Below are positions 10,694 through 20,331 of a DNA stretch of 39,745 nt, piece after piece. Where the stretch lies: the NCBI GenBank assembly GCA_944390515.1, contig CALXQG010000003.1:1-39745 (forward strand), read 5' to 3'. Every line of letters starts with the position of its first letter. Positions within the stretch are counted from its first letter, which is position 1. Origin of the DNA: an uncultured Clostridia bacterium (GTDB lineage Bacteria > Bacillota > Clostridia > TANB77 > CAG-508). A model generated the notes under the pieces. It did no database searches. It saw only the letters and a list, made by a program, of their open reading frames with translations, and was not told where the DNA came from. Made by a program: the position numbers and the translations under genes.

Positions 10694-11443
10694 TTATGCA
10701 GTAATTACACTATTGTCTGTTAACTTTCTTTTCATTTCATTTAAAACTTTTCTTTCTATTCTAGAAATTTGCACTTGGTTTACATTCATAATCTTGGCTA
10801 TTTCAGTTTGAGTTTTTCCTCTAAAATACCTTAATAAGATAACTTGTTTTTCTTTTTCCTTTAAATTTTTTATTAAATCTAAAATTGTAACCTTATCTAT
10901 AATCATATTTTGTTCATCTATTCCGCTACTTAACTTGTCTAATATACTTAAGCCATCTCCATCATTTGATTCATCTTCATATATAGAATTAACAGGATTT
11001 TTACTTTCTAATGCAATTACAACATCTTCTTTATCCACATTTAATTCTTTAGCAATTTCTTCTATTGTAAGTTCTTGTCCGCTTTTTTCTTTTTCTCTCT
11101 TTAATTCTGCTATTTTATATACCAATTCTTTAATACTTCTACTTATTTTTATAGGTCCTTCTGTTTGTATGTATCTTCTTATATCTCCTAATATATATGG
11201 TACTGCATATGTAGATAATCTTACGTCGAAACTTGTATCAAATTTTTTTATTGCTCTCATAAAACCTATTACTGCTATTTGATATAAATCATCTAATTCA
11301 TAACCTCTATCTTTAAATCTTTTTACAATACTCCAAATAAGGCCATTATTATCAATAATAAGTTTCTCCATTTTTGAAGTATCACCATTTTGAGCACTCA
11401 ATATATCTTCTATCTTGTTTTCATACAAACTGTTTTCTAGCAC
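10694..11443 (-). CDS. sigF: RNA polymerase sporulation sigma factor F
   Basis: NNGLIWSIVKRF...DDLYQIA...FDTSFDVRLSTYAVPYILGDI and TQTEIAKIMNVNQVQISRIE; follows spoIIAA-spoIIAB; GTG start after AGGAGG. Confidence 0.88.
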   Translation of the reverse strand: MLENSLYENKIEDILSAQNGDTSKMEKLIIDNNGLIWSIVKRFKDRGYELDDLYQIAVIGFMRAIKKFDTSFDVRLSTYAVPYILGDIRRYIQTEGPIKISRSIKELVYKIAELKREKEKSGQELTIEEIAKELNVDKEDVVIALESKNPVNSIYEDESNDGDGLSILDKLSSGIDEQNMIIDKVTILDLIKNLKEKEKQVILLRYFRGKTQTEIAKIMNVNQVQISRIERKVLNEMKRKLTDNSVITA

Positions 11444-11917
11444 TTAGCCCACTCCTCCTATACTAGCAAATTCTTCGTCTTCTATATTAACTAAATGCTT
11501 TTTTATTTTCTTTTTCATTATTATTTTTGTTCCTAATCCTAGTACAGAATCTATTTCCACTTCATCCATAAAGCTTTCCATAATTGTAAATCCCATACCA
11601 GACCTTTCCAAATTCGCTTTTGTTGTATAGAGCGGTTTTCTTGCCATTTCAACATTTTCAATTCCTCTACCAGTATCTGAAATCTCTAATTCAATTGTAT
11701 TTTTTATGATTCTTCCTTTTATCTTTATAATGCCTTCTTCACCTTCGTATGCGTGTATTATGCAATTAGTAACAGCTTCTGATACAGCTGTTTTTATATC
11801 TGCCAATTCTTCTATAGTTGGGTCTAAACTAGATGCAAATGCTGCTACAGTAATTCTAGCAAAAGCCTCATTGCTAGATTTGCTTATAAATTCCAATTTC
11901 ATTTCATTATCAAACAT
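11444..11917 (-). CDS. spoIIAB: Anti-sigma F factor
   Basis: [14 protein letters not shown]...[18 protein letters not shown]...[15 protein letters not shown]. Confidence 0.97.
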   Translation of the reverse strand: MFDNEMKLEFISKSSNEAFARITVAAFASSLDPTIEELADIKTAVSEAVTNCIIHAYEGEEGIIKIKGRIIKNTIELEISDTGRGIENVEMARKPLYTTKANLERSGMGFTIMESFMDEVEIDSVLGLGTKIIMKKKIKKHLVNIEDEEFASIGGVG

Positions 11918-11935
11918 TTTCTATTTTCCTCCTTT

Positions 11936-11966
11936 TGGCACGTTTGGGACAGGCCTTTTCGCGCCA
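11936..11966. repeat. GC-rich REP-like hairpin between spoIIAA and spoIIAB
   Basis: Minus strand TGGCGCG-AAAAGGCCTGTCCCAAA-CGTGCCA: 7-bp stem with one G-U pair; GC-rich island in an AT-rich spacer. Confidence 0.5.
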
Positions 11967-11984
11967 TTTTTATGAATTTTGTTT

Positions 11985-12308
11985 TTATCCAACTTCTTTT
12001 TTATCTTCCATTGGAATAATTTTATTTATACCACTCATTTCTAATATTCTTCTTACTGTTGCACTTATGTTAGTAATCTCCAAACTTCCTCCAATCAGTC
12101 TCATCATCTTATATCTCCCTATAATCATTCCTATTCCTGCACTGTCCATAAAAGTAACCCTACTAAAATCAAATATAGTTTTTCTAGGCATATGTCTTGT
12201 AATTTCATCATCAACTTTCCTCCTTAATTTTTCTGCAATGTGGTGGTCTATTTCCTCTGTTATCTCCACAATTAACTGCTTGTCCTCTTTCTCATATCTT
12301 ATATTCAC
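11985..12308 (-). CDS. spoIIAA: Anti-sigma F factor antagonist (STAS domain)
   Basis: EIDHHIAEKLR, FMDSAGIGMIIGRYK (phospho-Ser motif). Confidence 0.96.
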   Translation of the reverse strand: MNIRYEKEDKQLIVEITEEIDHHIAEKLRRKVDDEITRHMPRKTIFDFSRVTFMDSAGIGMIIGRYKMMRLIGGSLEITNISATVRRILEMSGINKIIPMEDKKEVG

Positions 12309-12413
12309 TCACACCCCTCCTTAAATATATAATAATACTTATCTTCTAGTATTATCTTTTGATTTTATTATATTCTTTTTTACATATTTTTCCAATAGCA
12401 AATTTATAGAAGT

Positions 12414-12443
12414 TTTGTCGATATATAGAAAGTTTTCGACAAA
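12414..12443. promoter_or_regulatory. Pair of inverted Spo0A boxes upstream of spoIIAA
   Basis: TGTCGAT at 12416-12422 (+) and perfect TGTCGAA on the minus strand at 12441-12435; spoIIA is a classical Spo0A target. Confidence 0.7.
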
Positions 12444-12536
12444 TTATTTATATAATATTTTTTAAAATTCTGTGCATAATATAAATAGTTACTAGGCAAA
12501 TTCAAAGTCTAAATTTATATAAAAGGTTGTGAGAAA

Positions 12537-12965
12537 ATGGGAAATGAACAGTATATTTTAAATTCTGTAAACAAAGGATTAAAAATGGGAATGGATTCTA
12601 TATCTACAATTTCTGAAAAGGTTGGAGATCAAAATTTCAAGGATGATTTGATATATCAGTATAACGAATATAATGATATATTGAATAGGGTAAATAATGA
12701 ATTACAAAATTTTGATGATTTACCATCAGAATTACCACCTATGCAAAAATTTATGGGCTATATGGACATTCAGATGAGTACAATTAATGATAAAAGTAAT
12801 TCTCATATTGCAGAAATGCTTATAAAAGGAACAAATATGGGTATTATCGAAGGTGTAAAATTAAAAAATCAAAATCCTGATGCTAATCAAACTACTCAAA
12901 AAATATTGGATGATTTTATACAATTTCAAGAAAATACAATTGAGAAATTAAAAAAATATTTATAG
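12537..12965 (+). CDS. Hypothetical helical-bundle (ferritin-like) protein, possibly sporulation-related
   Basis: 142-aa helical ORF, RBS AAAGG, motif SHIAEMLIKGTNMGIIE; divergent from spoIIA; fold and role are inference. Confidence 0.6.
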   Translation: MGNEQYILNSVNKGLKMGMDSISTISEKVGDQNFKDDLIYQYNEYNDILNRVNNELQNFDDLPSELPPMQKFMGYMDIQMSTINDKSNSHIAEMLIKGTNMGIIEGVKLKNQNPDANQTTQKILDDFIQFQENTIEKLKKYL

Positions 12966-12983
12966 GAAATTAATTTTAAAATA

Positions 12984-13004
12984 GGGAGTGCAGTATGCAC
13001 TCCC
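12984..13004. terminator. Hairpin between convergent genes (probably bidirectional terminator)
   Basis: GGGAGTGCA-GTA-TGCACTCCC. Confidence 0.75.
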
Positions 13005-13019
13005 ATTCTAATATAAACA

Positions 13020-15716
13020 TTATTTTATTTTTTCCAATCTTTCTTTTGCTAAATCCAGCATTTCTCTATATCTTGCCAATTTTTCTTTTTCCTCATTTAC
13101 TTTTGCTTCTGGTGCCTTATTTACAAAACCTGGATTTGATAGCATTTTTTCTCCTCTTTCTACTTCTCCTTTAAGTCTTTCAACTTCTGCTTGTAATCTA
13201 TTTCTTTCTTCTTCTATATCTATCAAACCTTTAAGTGGTATATATATTTCAACATCTGCTAATATTATTGACATTGCGTTATCTATTTTTTCTTTTGTAT
13301 CTTCTATTTCTTCTTTACTTTCAAATACTTGTAATTTATCTGCAAAACCAAGTTTTAGTATAATATCTTCTGCTTCTTTGATTTGCTCTTTATATTTTGA
13401 AGTTATTATAATTAATTCAGATTTTTTGCTTGGATGAATATTCTTGGTGTTTCTAATATTTCTTATTCCAACTATTATCTCTTTGATTTTTTCCATTGTT
13501 TCTTCTTCTTTATCAAAGATAAATTTTTCTCTAATATCTGGCCATTTTGCTACAATTAAATCTTCTGTACCAAAGCATATTAGTTTTGAATAAATTTCTG
13601 AAGTTACAAAAGGCATAAATGGATGCAATAATTTTAATGATGATCCAAATACATGGTTTAATATATCACTTACTGCTACTTTTGTTTCTTCATCATCACT
13701 GTATATACGTGCTTTTACCATTTCTATATACCAATCACAAAATTCATTCCATATAAAGCTATAAATCTTATCAAGTGCAACACCTAAATCATAGTTATCT
13801 AAGTTTCGTGTAACATCTGCTACTAATTTATCAAACTTATTTAATATCCACTTATCTTCTATTTTAAGTAAATCTGGATTATATGATTTGTTTTTCTCAT
13901 ATACCTCATAACAAAATTCTCTTACTTTTTTCTCATCAGCTAATGAGTTAATTATAAATTTAGCTGCGTTCCAAATCTTATTTGCAAAATTTGATGCTTG
14001 TTCCAATTTTTCTGGCATATATCTTATATCATTTCCCATTGTTGTTCCAGAAATAACAGCGAATCTTAAGCTATCTGCTCCATATTCATCTATAATCTCT
14101 ATAGGATCTATTCCATTTCCTAAAGTTTTTGACATTTTTCTTCCTTGACTATCTCTTACCATACCATGAATTAGTACATCTTTAAATGGAACTTTTCCTG
14201 TAAGTTCTAGTCCTTGTGACATCATTCTTGATACCCAGAAAGTTATAATGTCAAAGCCTGTTACCAATACATTTGTTGGATAAAATGTTTTGTAATCTTC
14301 TGTTTCTGTATTTGGCCATCCAAGTGTTGAAAATGGCCATAAAGCACTACTAAACCATGTGTCCAATGTATCTTCATCTTGGTGTAAGTGTGTGCTTCCA
14401 CATTTTTCACATTTTTCAGGCGCTGTTTTTGCAACATTTATATGTCCACATTCTTCGCAATAGTATGCAGGTATTCTGTGTCCCCACCATAATTGTCTAG
14501 ATATACACCAATCTTGTATATTGTCTAACCAATTAAAATATTGTTTTTCATATTTTTTAGGTATAAATCTTGTTTCATCATTTCTTACTGCATCTGCTGC
14601 TTTTTTTGCAAGTTCTTTCATAGAAACAAACCATTGCTCAGATACTTTTGGCTCAATTGTATTTTTACATCTTTCACATTTTCCAACATTATGGATATAT
14701 TCCTCTTCTTTTACTAAAGCACCTATTTGTTTTAAATCTTCTACAATTGCTTTTCTTGCTTCAAGTAAGTCCATTCCCTTATATTTAGGAACTAAATCTC
14801 CCATTTTATTATCATCATCAAAAACAGATATAATTTCCAAATTGTGTCTTAAACCTGATTGATAGTCGTTCATATCGTGTGCAGGTGTTATTTTAACTGC
14901 ACCTGTACCAAATTCTTTTTCTACAAATTCATCTGCAATTATTGGAATTTCTTTATTCATTATTGGAAGTATGCATGTCTTTCCTACTAAATCCTTATAC
15001 CTTTCATCTGTAGGACTTACTGCTACTGCAGTATCCCCAAGCATTGTTTCTGGTCTTGTTGTTGCAACGGTTATATACCTGTCTTCTGTTCCTGTTATTT
15101 TGTATCTAATATGCCAAAGATGTGTAGCTTCTTCTTTGTATTCAACTTCAGCATCTGAAATAGAGGTTTTACAACTTGGACAATAATTTATCATTCTTGT
15201 TCCTTTGTAAATCAGTCCTTTATTATATAAATCTATAAATTGTTCTAAAACTGCATCCGATAGTCCTTCATCTAAAGTAAATCTTCTTCTACTCCAATCA
15301 CAAGAACATCCTAATTTTTTTTGTTGTTCTTGAATTGTTCCTCCATAAAGTTTAGTCCAATCCCATGCTTCTTCTAAAAATTTCTCTCTGCCTAAATCTT
15401 GTTTTGTTTTGCCTTCTTTTTTTAATTTTTCTACAACTTTCATTTCTGTAGAAATCGCAGCATGGTCAGAACCAGGAAGCCATAGAGTATTGTACCTTTG
15501 CATCCTTTTAAAACGTATTAAAATATCTTGTATAGTATCATCTAATGCATGTCCCATATGAAGTTTTCCAGTTACATTTGGTGGTGGCATCATAATTGAG
15601 TAACTTTCTTTTGTTTTATCCATACTTGGCTTAAAATATCCCTTTTCTTCCCATTCTTTGTAAATTCTATCTTCAAAATCTTTTGGATTAAATTTATCAT
15701 TTAACTTTTTCTCCAT
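13020..15716 (-). CDS. valS: Valine--tRNA ligase
   Basis: PPPNVTGKLHMGHA (HIGH-like), ATTRPET, WCISRQLWWGHRIP, KMSKT and C-terminal coiled coil; second Met (15716) fits the RBS spacing better than 15725. Confidence 0.98.
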   Translation of the reverse strand: MEKKLNDKFNPKDFEDRIYKEWEEKGYFKPSMDKTKESYSIMMPPPNVTGKLHMGHALDDTIQDILIRFKRMQRYNTLWLPGSDHAAISTEMKVVEKLKKEGKTKQDLGREKFLEEAWDWTKLYGGTIQEQQKKLGCSCDWSRRRFTLDEGLSDAVLEQFIDLYNKGLIYKGTRMINYCPSCKTSISDAEVEYKEEATHLWHIRYKITGTEDRYITVATTRPETMLGDTAVAVSPTDERYKDLVGKTCILPIMNKEIPIIADEFVEKEFGTGAVKITPAHDMNDYQSGLRHNLEIISVFDDDNKMGDLVPKYKGMDLLEARKAIVEDLKQIGALVKEEEYIHNVGKCERCKNTIEPKVSEQWFVSMKELAKKAADAVRNDETRFIPKKYEKQYFNWLDNIQDWCISRQLWWGHRIPAYYCEECGHINVAKTAPEKCEKCGSTHLHQDEDTLDTWFSSALWPFSTLGWPNTETEDYKTFYPTNVLVTGFDIITFWVSRMMSQGLELTGKVPFKDVLIHGMVRDSQGRKMSKTLGNGIDPIEIIDEYGADSLRFAVISGTTMGNDIRYMPEKLEQASNFANKIWNAAKFIINSLADEKKVREFCYEVYEKNKSYNPDLLKIEDKWILNKFDKLVADVTRNLDNYDLGVALDKIYSFIWNEFCDWYIEMVKARIYSDDEETKVAVSDILNHVFGSSLKLLHPFMPFVTSEIYSKLICFGTEDLIVAKWPDIREKFIFDKEEETMEKIKEIIVGIRNIRNTKNIHPSKKSELIIITSKYKEQIKEAEDIILKLGFADKLQVFESKEEIEDTKEKIDNAMSIILADVEIYIPLKGLIDIEEERNRLQAEVERLKGEVERGEKMLSNPGFVNKAPEAKVNEEKEKLARYREMLDLAKERLEKIK

Positions 15717-15741
15717 TATATTCATCCTTTCTTAACAATTT

Positions 15742-15776
15742 TCTCTCCCTCCACCTCAACGTGGTGGAGGGAGAGA
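15742..15776. other. Very stable GC-rich hairpin between the LSm-like gene and valS
   Basis: TCTCTCCCTCCACC-N7-GGTGGAGGGAGAGA, 14-bp perfect stem; no U-tract on the minus strand. Confidence 0.8.
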
Positions 15777-15782
15777 GGGATT

Positions 15783-15977
15783 TTAGCATTCGGAAATCGA
15801 CACGATTTGACTTTGAGAAATCAATGTTCTTTTGGGAATTCCTGTGGTTTCTCGTTGTATAATAATAACATCATCGTCAAATTTAAGCAGTGTTCCTTCA
15901 ATCATCGGCTTATCCCTTGGATGTACTCTGCATTGTTTGCCTTTATTCTCCTCTAGGAATTGTTTCCGAATTTCCAT
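15783..15977 (-). CDS. Small Sm/LSm-fold (Hfq-like) protein
   Basis: MEIRKQFLEENKGKQCRVH...IEGTLLKFDDDVIIIQ...TLISQSQIVSI parallels Hfq (QDQFL...LRGQVKGFDNFTVLL...LIYKHAISTF); RBS AAGGGGTG and own promoter. Confidence 0.6.
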   Translation of the reverse strand: MEIRKQFLEENKGKQCRVHPRDKPMIEGTLLKFDDDVIIIQRETTGIPKRTLISQSQIVSISEC

Positions 15978-16025
15978 ACTATTTAGCACCCCTTATTAAT
16001 GTTTTAGGCTAACTGCCTTGCTTAT

Positions 16026-16054
16026 ATTATATCACAATAATATTGTTCTGTAAA
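16026..16054 (-). promoter_or_regulatory. Strong sigma-A promoter upstream of the LSm-like gene and valS
   Basis: TTTACA, 17 nt spacer, TG-n-TATAAT (extended -10). Confidence 0.75.
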
Positions 16055-16057
16055 TTT

Positions 16058-19000
16058 TTACTCAACGCTTTTTAGACTTTCTATCATGTCTATTTTCTTT
16101 AGTGAAAAATATGTTACTATATTAACAATTGTAGCAAAGAATATTGTAATTACAACACCAAGTACATAGGTTAAAATTTGTATTTTAGGATCAAACATAA
16201 GCATATCTAATTCACATGTTTTTAGTATAAATATTGTTAAGAAGTATCCTCCAACTAGTCCTAACAAAATTCCTAGAATTGTTAATATTATAGTTTCCCT
16301 TCCAATATAACTATAAACTTCTTTATCGTAAAATCCTAATACTTTTATTGTAGCAAGTTCTCTTATACGTTCACTTATATTTGCATTTAATAAATTGTAT
16401 AAAACTACTAATGCTAGTAAACCAGCTGATACAATAAGTATCCATACAACTACATTCATGTTATCCATTACAGTTGAGAATATGTTTTTTGTTGCAGATG
16501 TAAATTCTACTCCAGTTATATTATCTTTATCTTGTAATAGAGTTTTACCTAAATCATCTTCCTGTGCTTTTGTAATATTATTTGTTTTTGCTAATATTAC
16601 ATTTGACTCAATTTTTGTATCATAAATTGTATTATATAGTTCAGGTGTAATATATATGTAGTGCATTAAATAATTCTCCGTAATATGTGCTACTTTTACA
16701 TCTGCTCTATCTCCATCTGCATTCTCCAAATTAATTGTATCTCCTACAGATAAATCCAAGATTTTTGCTAATTTTTCTGTAATAATCACTCCTGAATTGT
16801 CTAAAACATACTTTTCTTCATTATTCTTTCTATCTCTAAGAGATATGAAATTTTCTAATTTATTTACATTTTCTGGTGCAATTAATTGTATGTTTTGATT
16901 ATTTTCGTCTTTAATTATTTTTACAGATTGTATGTTTGCTCCTAATACTTCTGTAATTTCTTCATTTTCTAAAATTTTATTTTCCAAAGTTACTATTTCT
17001 TCTACATCTTTTTCATCTTTTAATGATATACTTATATTATACTTATATATTTCTCCATATTGCATTGGTATCATATTTGATATTGCATCTCTTATTCCAA
17101 ATCCTGCTATAATTAGTGATGTACAACCGCATACTCCTATTATTGTCATTAAAAATCTCTTTTTGTATCTAAATAAATTTCTTGCAGTTACTTTTGCTGT
17201 AAAATTCAAATGTTTCCATATAAATGGTATTTTTTCCAATATAACTCTTTTACCTGGTTTTGGTGCTTTTGGTCTCATTAATGTTGCTGGATTATGTATT
17301 AATTCTTTTATACAAGTATAAATCGTTGCTCCCACTGTGCATAGCATTGCAAATACCATACCTATTGTTGCATACTGCATATTATATTCTAAAATAACAT
17401 CTGGTAAATCATATACCATTGCATACATATCTGCTATTATTTTTGGTAACCAATTAAAACCAATTAAGAGCCCAATTTGACCACCTATAACTGTTGCAAA
17501 AAACGCATATAGCAAATATTTCATTGATATTTGTAATTTGTTATATCCTAAAGCTTTTAATGTTCCTATTTGTACTCTTTCCTCTTCTACCATTCTTGAC
17601 ATTGAGTTTAAACTCATCAATGCTGCAACTAAGAAAAATACTACTGGGAACACTTCGGCAATTTTTGCAATTCTATCTGTATCTTGTACATAACTAACAT
17701 ATCCTGAGTTTTGTTCTCTATCTAGTACATACCATTCTGGTCTTTCTATTTTCTTTAACTCTTCTTTAGCATCTAAAAGTTCATCTTCTGCTTCTTTTAT
17801 TTTATCCTCAAATTCTTTTCTTGAATCTTCTAATTTTTTCTTACCATCATCAACTTCTTTTTGTGCATTTTTTAATTCAGATTCTGCTTGATTTAATTTA
17901 GCATATGTTGAACTTTTCGTATTTTTTAGAGTTTTCTCGCTTTCTTCTATTTTTTCTTTTGCTTCTTTAATTTGCTGTTCTCCACTAGACAATTCATTTT
18001 TTGCAGTTTCAATTCCTTTTTCAATTGTTGTTATTGTTGTACTAATGTCTGTTATTCCTTGTTTTTTTAGTTCTGCTTGTATTGTAGTAATCGCCTCTTC
18101 TAGTGTCTTTTTCTGGGTATTTAATTCTTCTAATTTTGCTTGTAATACTTGCTTTTCAGCTTCTGTAGTAACTTGTTCTAACTCATTTTCTACAGTTTCT
18201 ATACTTTCATTTAATTGTTCTAAACTGCTATTTGCTGTATCTAGCTGTTTTTCTGTGTTTTCTAAAGTTTCTAATTGTTCTTCATATTCACTTATTTGAC
18301 TATTTGCTTTTTTCTTAGACTCTTCAAATTCTTTTTCTTTTTGGATTAATTCCTCTTTTCCCTTTTCTAACTCTTCTTCTGCATCTGCAAACTGTTTATT
18401 AGCATTTGCTCTATTTGTTTCTAGTTCTTTTTCCCCTGAATCAATTTCTGCTTGTGCATCTTTTAATTCTTTTTCTGCGTCTGCTAATTCTTTTTCTGCT
18501 TTATTTTTTTCCTCATTTAATTTCTTTTGAGCATCTTCTATTTTAAAATTTGCTGCATTGTAAAATTCATTATATCTCGCCTCTTGTCTTTCATCTGCTA
18601 TTTTCTCTAAACTGTCTATTACGCTGTCCACAGTTTCAGTATATTTATCGCTAGTGGTATCTAATTCTTTTGCTCCAGCAACTGTTACATAAATATTTGT
18701 ATACATATCCACATTAATATTATCCTTGGATATATACATATAGAAATCAATCATACCGCTTCCTAATTTAGTGTTTCCTCTATCTGTAGATATATACATT
18801 GGTGATTCAACCACACCAACAATTGTAAGTTCATCGTTTTTTAATACTTTTTGTTTTTCTCCCTCTTCATTTGTAATATCTTCTATGTCTACTTTGACGT
18901 TATCACCTATTTTATGTTCTGTTTCTGATAGAAATCTTTTTTCTACAACACATTCATTTGCATTCTCTGGAAGTTTTCCTTCTATCAATTTTAATGAGTT

Positions 19001-19339
19001 TATCTCTGTAGTCATTGTCTCTAATTTGACTACAACTTGCTCGTCTCCAATATTTACAATGGCATCTGATTGATATGTACCTTCAGCTCCACTTATATTT
19101 TCAATATTTTTAATAGCTGTAATGTCATTTTCAGTTAATCCCATTGTTGAAATAACTTGAATATCCATAACATTTAAGTCGTCAAAATATGTATCTAACG
19201 TCTTTTTCATATCTGGGCTAGCTGTTTTTATTCCAGCAAAAAAACCAACACCTAATAACACAATAAGGAGTAATGATAAAAATCTTTTATATGAATTTTT
19301 TACTTCTTTTATTCCATCTTTTATAAGGGATATTTTCAT
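16058..19339 (-). CDS. ABC transporter permease, FtsX/MacB family with long coiled-coil insert
   Basis: N-terminal TM, heptad-rich centre, two FtsX-like TM blocks (EERVQIGTLKALGY and ERIRELATIKVLGF). Confidence 0.92.
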   Translation of the reverse strand: MKISLIKDGIKEVKNSYKRFLSLLLIVLLGVGFFAGIKTASPDMKKTLDTYFDDLNVMDIQVISTMGLTENDITAIKNIENISGAEGTYQSDAIVNIGDEQVVVKLETMTTEINSLKLIEGKLPENANECVVEKRFLSETEHKIGDNVKVDIEDITNEEGEKQKVLKNDELTIVGVVESPMYISTDRGNTKLGSGMIDFYMYISKDNINVDMYTNIYVTVAGAKELDTTSDKYTETVDSVIDSLEKIADERQEARYNEFYNAANFKIEDAQKKLNEEKNKAEKELADAEKELKDAQAEIDSGEKELETNRANANKQFADAEEELEKGKEELIQKEKEFEESKKKANSQISEYEEQLETLENTEKQLDTANSSLEQLNESIETVENELEQVTTEAEKQVLQAKLEELNTQKKTLEEAITTIQAELKKQGITDISTTITTIEKGIETAKNELSSGEQQIKEAKEKIEESEKTLKNTKSSTYAKLNQAESELKNAQKEVDDGKKKLEDSRKEFEDKIKEAEDELLDAKEELKKIERPEWYVLDREQNSGYVSYVQDTDRIAKIAEVFPVVFFLVAALMSLNSMSRMVEEERVQIGTLKALGYNKLQISMKYLLYAFFATVIGGQIGLLIGFNWLPKIIADMYAMVYDLPDVILEYNMQYATIGMVFAMLCTVGATIYTCIKELIHNPATLMRPKAPKPGKRVILEKIPFIWKHLNFTAKVTARNLFRYKKRFLMTIIGVCGCTSLIIAGFGIRDAISNMIPMQYGEIYKYNISISLKDEKDVEEIVTLENKILENEEITEVLGANIQSVKIIKDENNQNIQLIAPENVNKLENFISLRDRKNNEEKYVLDNSGVIITEKLAKILDLSVGDTINLENADGDRADVKVAHITENYLMHYIYITPELYNTIYDTKIESNVILAKTNNITKAQEDDLGKTLLQDKDNITGVEFTSATKNIFSTVMDNMNVVVWILIVSAGLLALVVLYNLLNANISERIRELATIKVLGFYDKEVYSYIGRETIILTILGILLGLVGGYFLTIFILKTCELDMLMFDPKIQILTYVLGVVITIFFATIVNIVTYFSLKKIDMIESLKSVE

Positions 19340-19393
19340 TTTTTCACCTCCAGTTATTAATTGTTGATTTATTCTCTTTCTAGATTTTATATT

Positions 19394-20095
19394 CTACCAT
19401 TCTATTTCTTCTATTGGTGTAGGATTTGCATTTACTTGAATATCAAATGCTGTACCATTTTTAAAATGTATAACTCTATCTGCCATTGGAGTTAATGCAC
19501 TATTATGAGTAATGATAATAACTGTCATTTTTTCTTTCCTACAAGTATCTTGTAACAACTTTAAAATCTGCTTTCCTGTTTTATAATCTAAGGCTCCTGT
19601 TGGCTCATCACATAATAGCAATTTTGGATTTTTAGCAATTGCTCTTGCAATTGCCACTCTTTGTTGCTCTCCTCCTGAAAGTTGAGAAGGGAAATTTTTA
19701 GTTCTGTTTTTTAATCCAACTTTTTCAAGTATTACCTTAGGATTTAATGGATGCCTACAAATCTGTGTTGCAAGTTCAACATTTTCAATAGCGGTTAAGT
19801 TTTGTACTAAGTTATAGAACTGAAAAACAAACCCTATATCTTCTCTTCTATATTTTATAAGTTCCTTTTTCTTAAACTTACTTATATCTTTACCATCAAT
19901 TATTACTTTTCCTGATGTTGCATTGTCCATTCCACCTAATATGTTAAGGGCTGTTGTTTTCCCTGCACCGCTAGGACCTACTATTACAACCAATTCTCCT
20001 TTTTCTATTTCAAAATTAGTTTTATCTAATGCTTTAATTAGGACTTCTCCCATTTTATATTCTTTTACTACATTTTTAAATTCAATATATGGCAT
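19394..20095 (-). CDS. ABC transporter ATP-binding protein (LolD/MacB type)
   Basis: [45 protein letters not shown]. Confidence 0.96.
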   Translation of the reverse strand: MPYIEFKNVVKEYKMGEVLIKALDKTNFEIEKGELVVIVGPSGAGKTTALNILGGMDNATSGKVIIDGKDISKFKKKELIKYRREDIGFVFQFYNLVQNLTAIENVELATQICRHPLNPKVILEKVGLKNRTKNFPSQLSGGEQQRVAIARAIAKNPKLLLCDEPTGALDYKTGKQILKLLQDTCRKEKMTVIIITHNSALTPMADRVIHFKNGTAFDIQVNANPTPIEEIEW

Positions 20096-20198
20096 ATAAG
20101 TTCCTCCTTATATGAATTATCACAAAGGGAGAGTAATTAAATAGATATTTAATTATCTACAATTTTCTTTCCATATAATATTGTAGCATATATATTTG

Positions 20199-20222
20199 TT
20201 TTTGACTACATATTGTCAAAAA
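20199..20222. promoter_or_regulatory. Inverted-repeat operator candidate upstream of the ABC operon
   Basis: TTTTTGAC-N8-GTCAAAAA overlapping the -35 position of a TG-n-TACAAT -10 element. Confidence 0.45.
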
Positions 20223-20331
20223 ATGATAAATTTCATAATAGTACAATCTTTTATCAATCTATTCAATACTTTATGTACAATTGCTTAAGTTCAGTATAGA
20301 ACATTTTCTCTCTAACTTATTAGAATAAAAA

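Noticed and set aside
15489-15509. Reassignment of AGG to Gly
   Set aside because: AGG occupies Arg-typical positions elsewhere (valS KRM, spoIIAA LRRK, dnaE VRAK).
15726-16057. T-box riboswitch upstream of valS
   Set aside because: No UGGNACC T-box motif or terminator/antiterminator pair is visible; the space is occupied by a small ORF.
17740-18600. Repetitive coiled-coil segment of the ABC permease as a novel repeat
   Set aside because: It is a common feature of this FtsX-family permease class, and I saw no exact DNA repeats.
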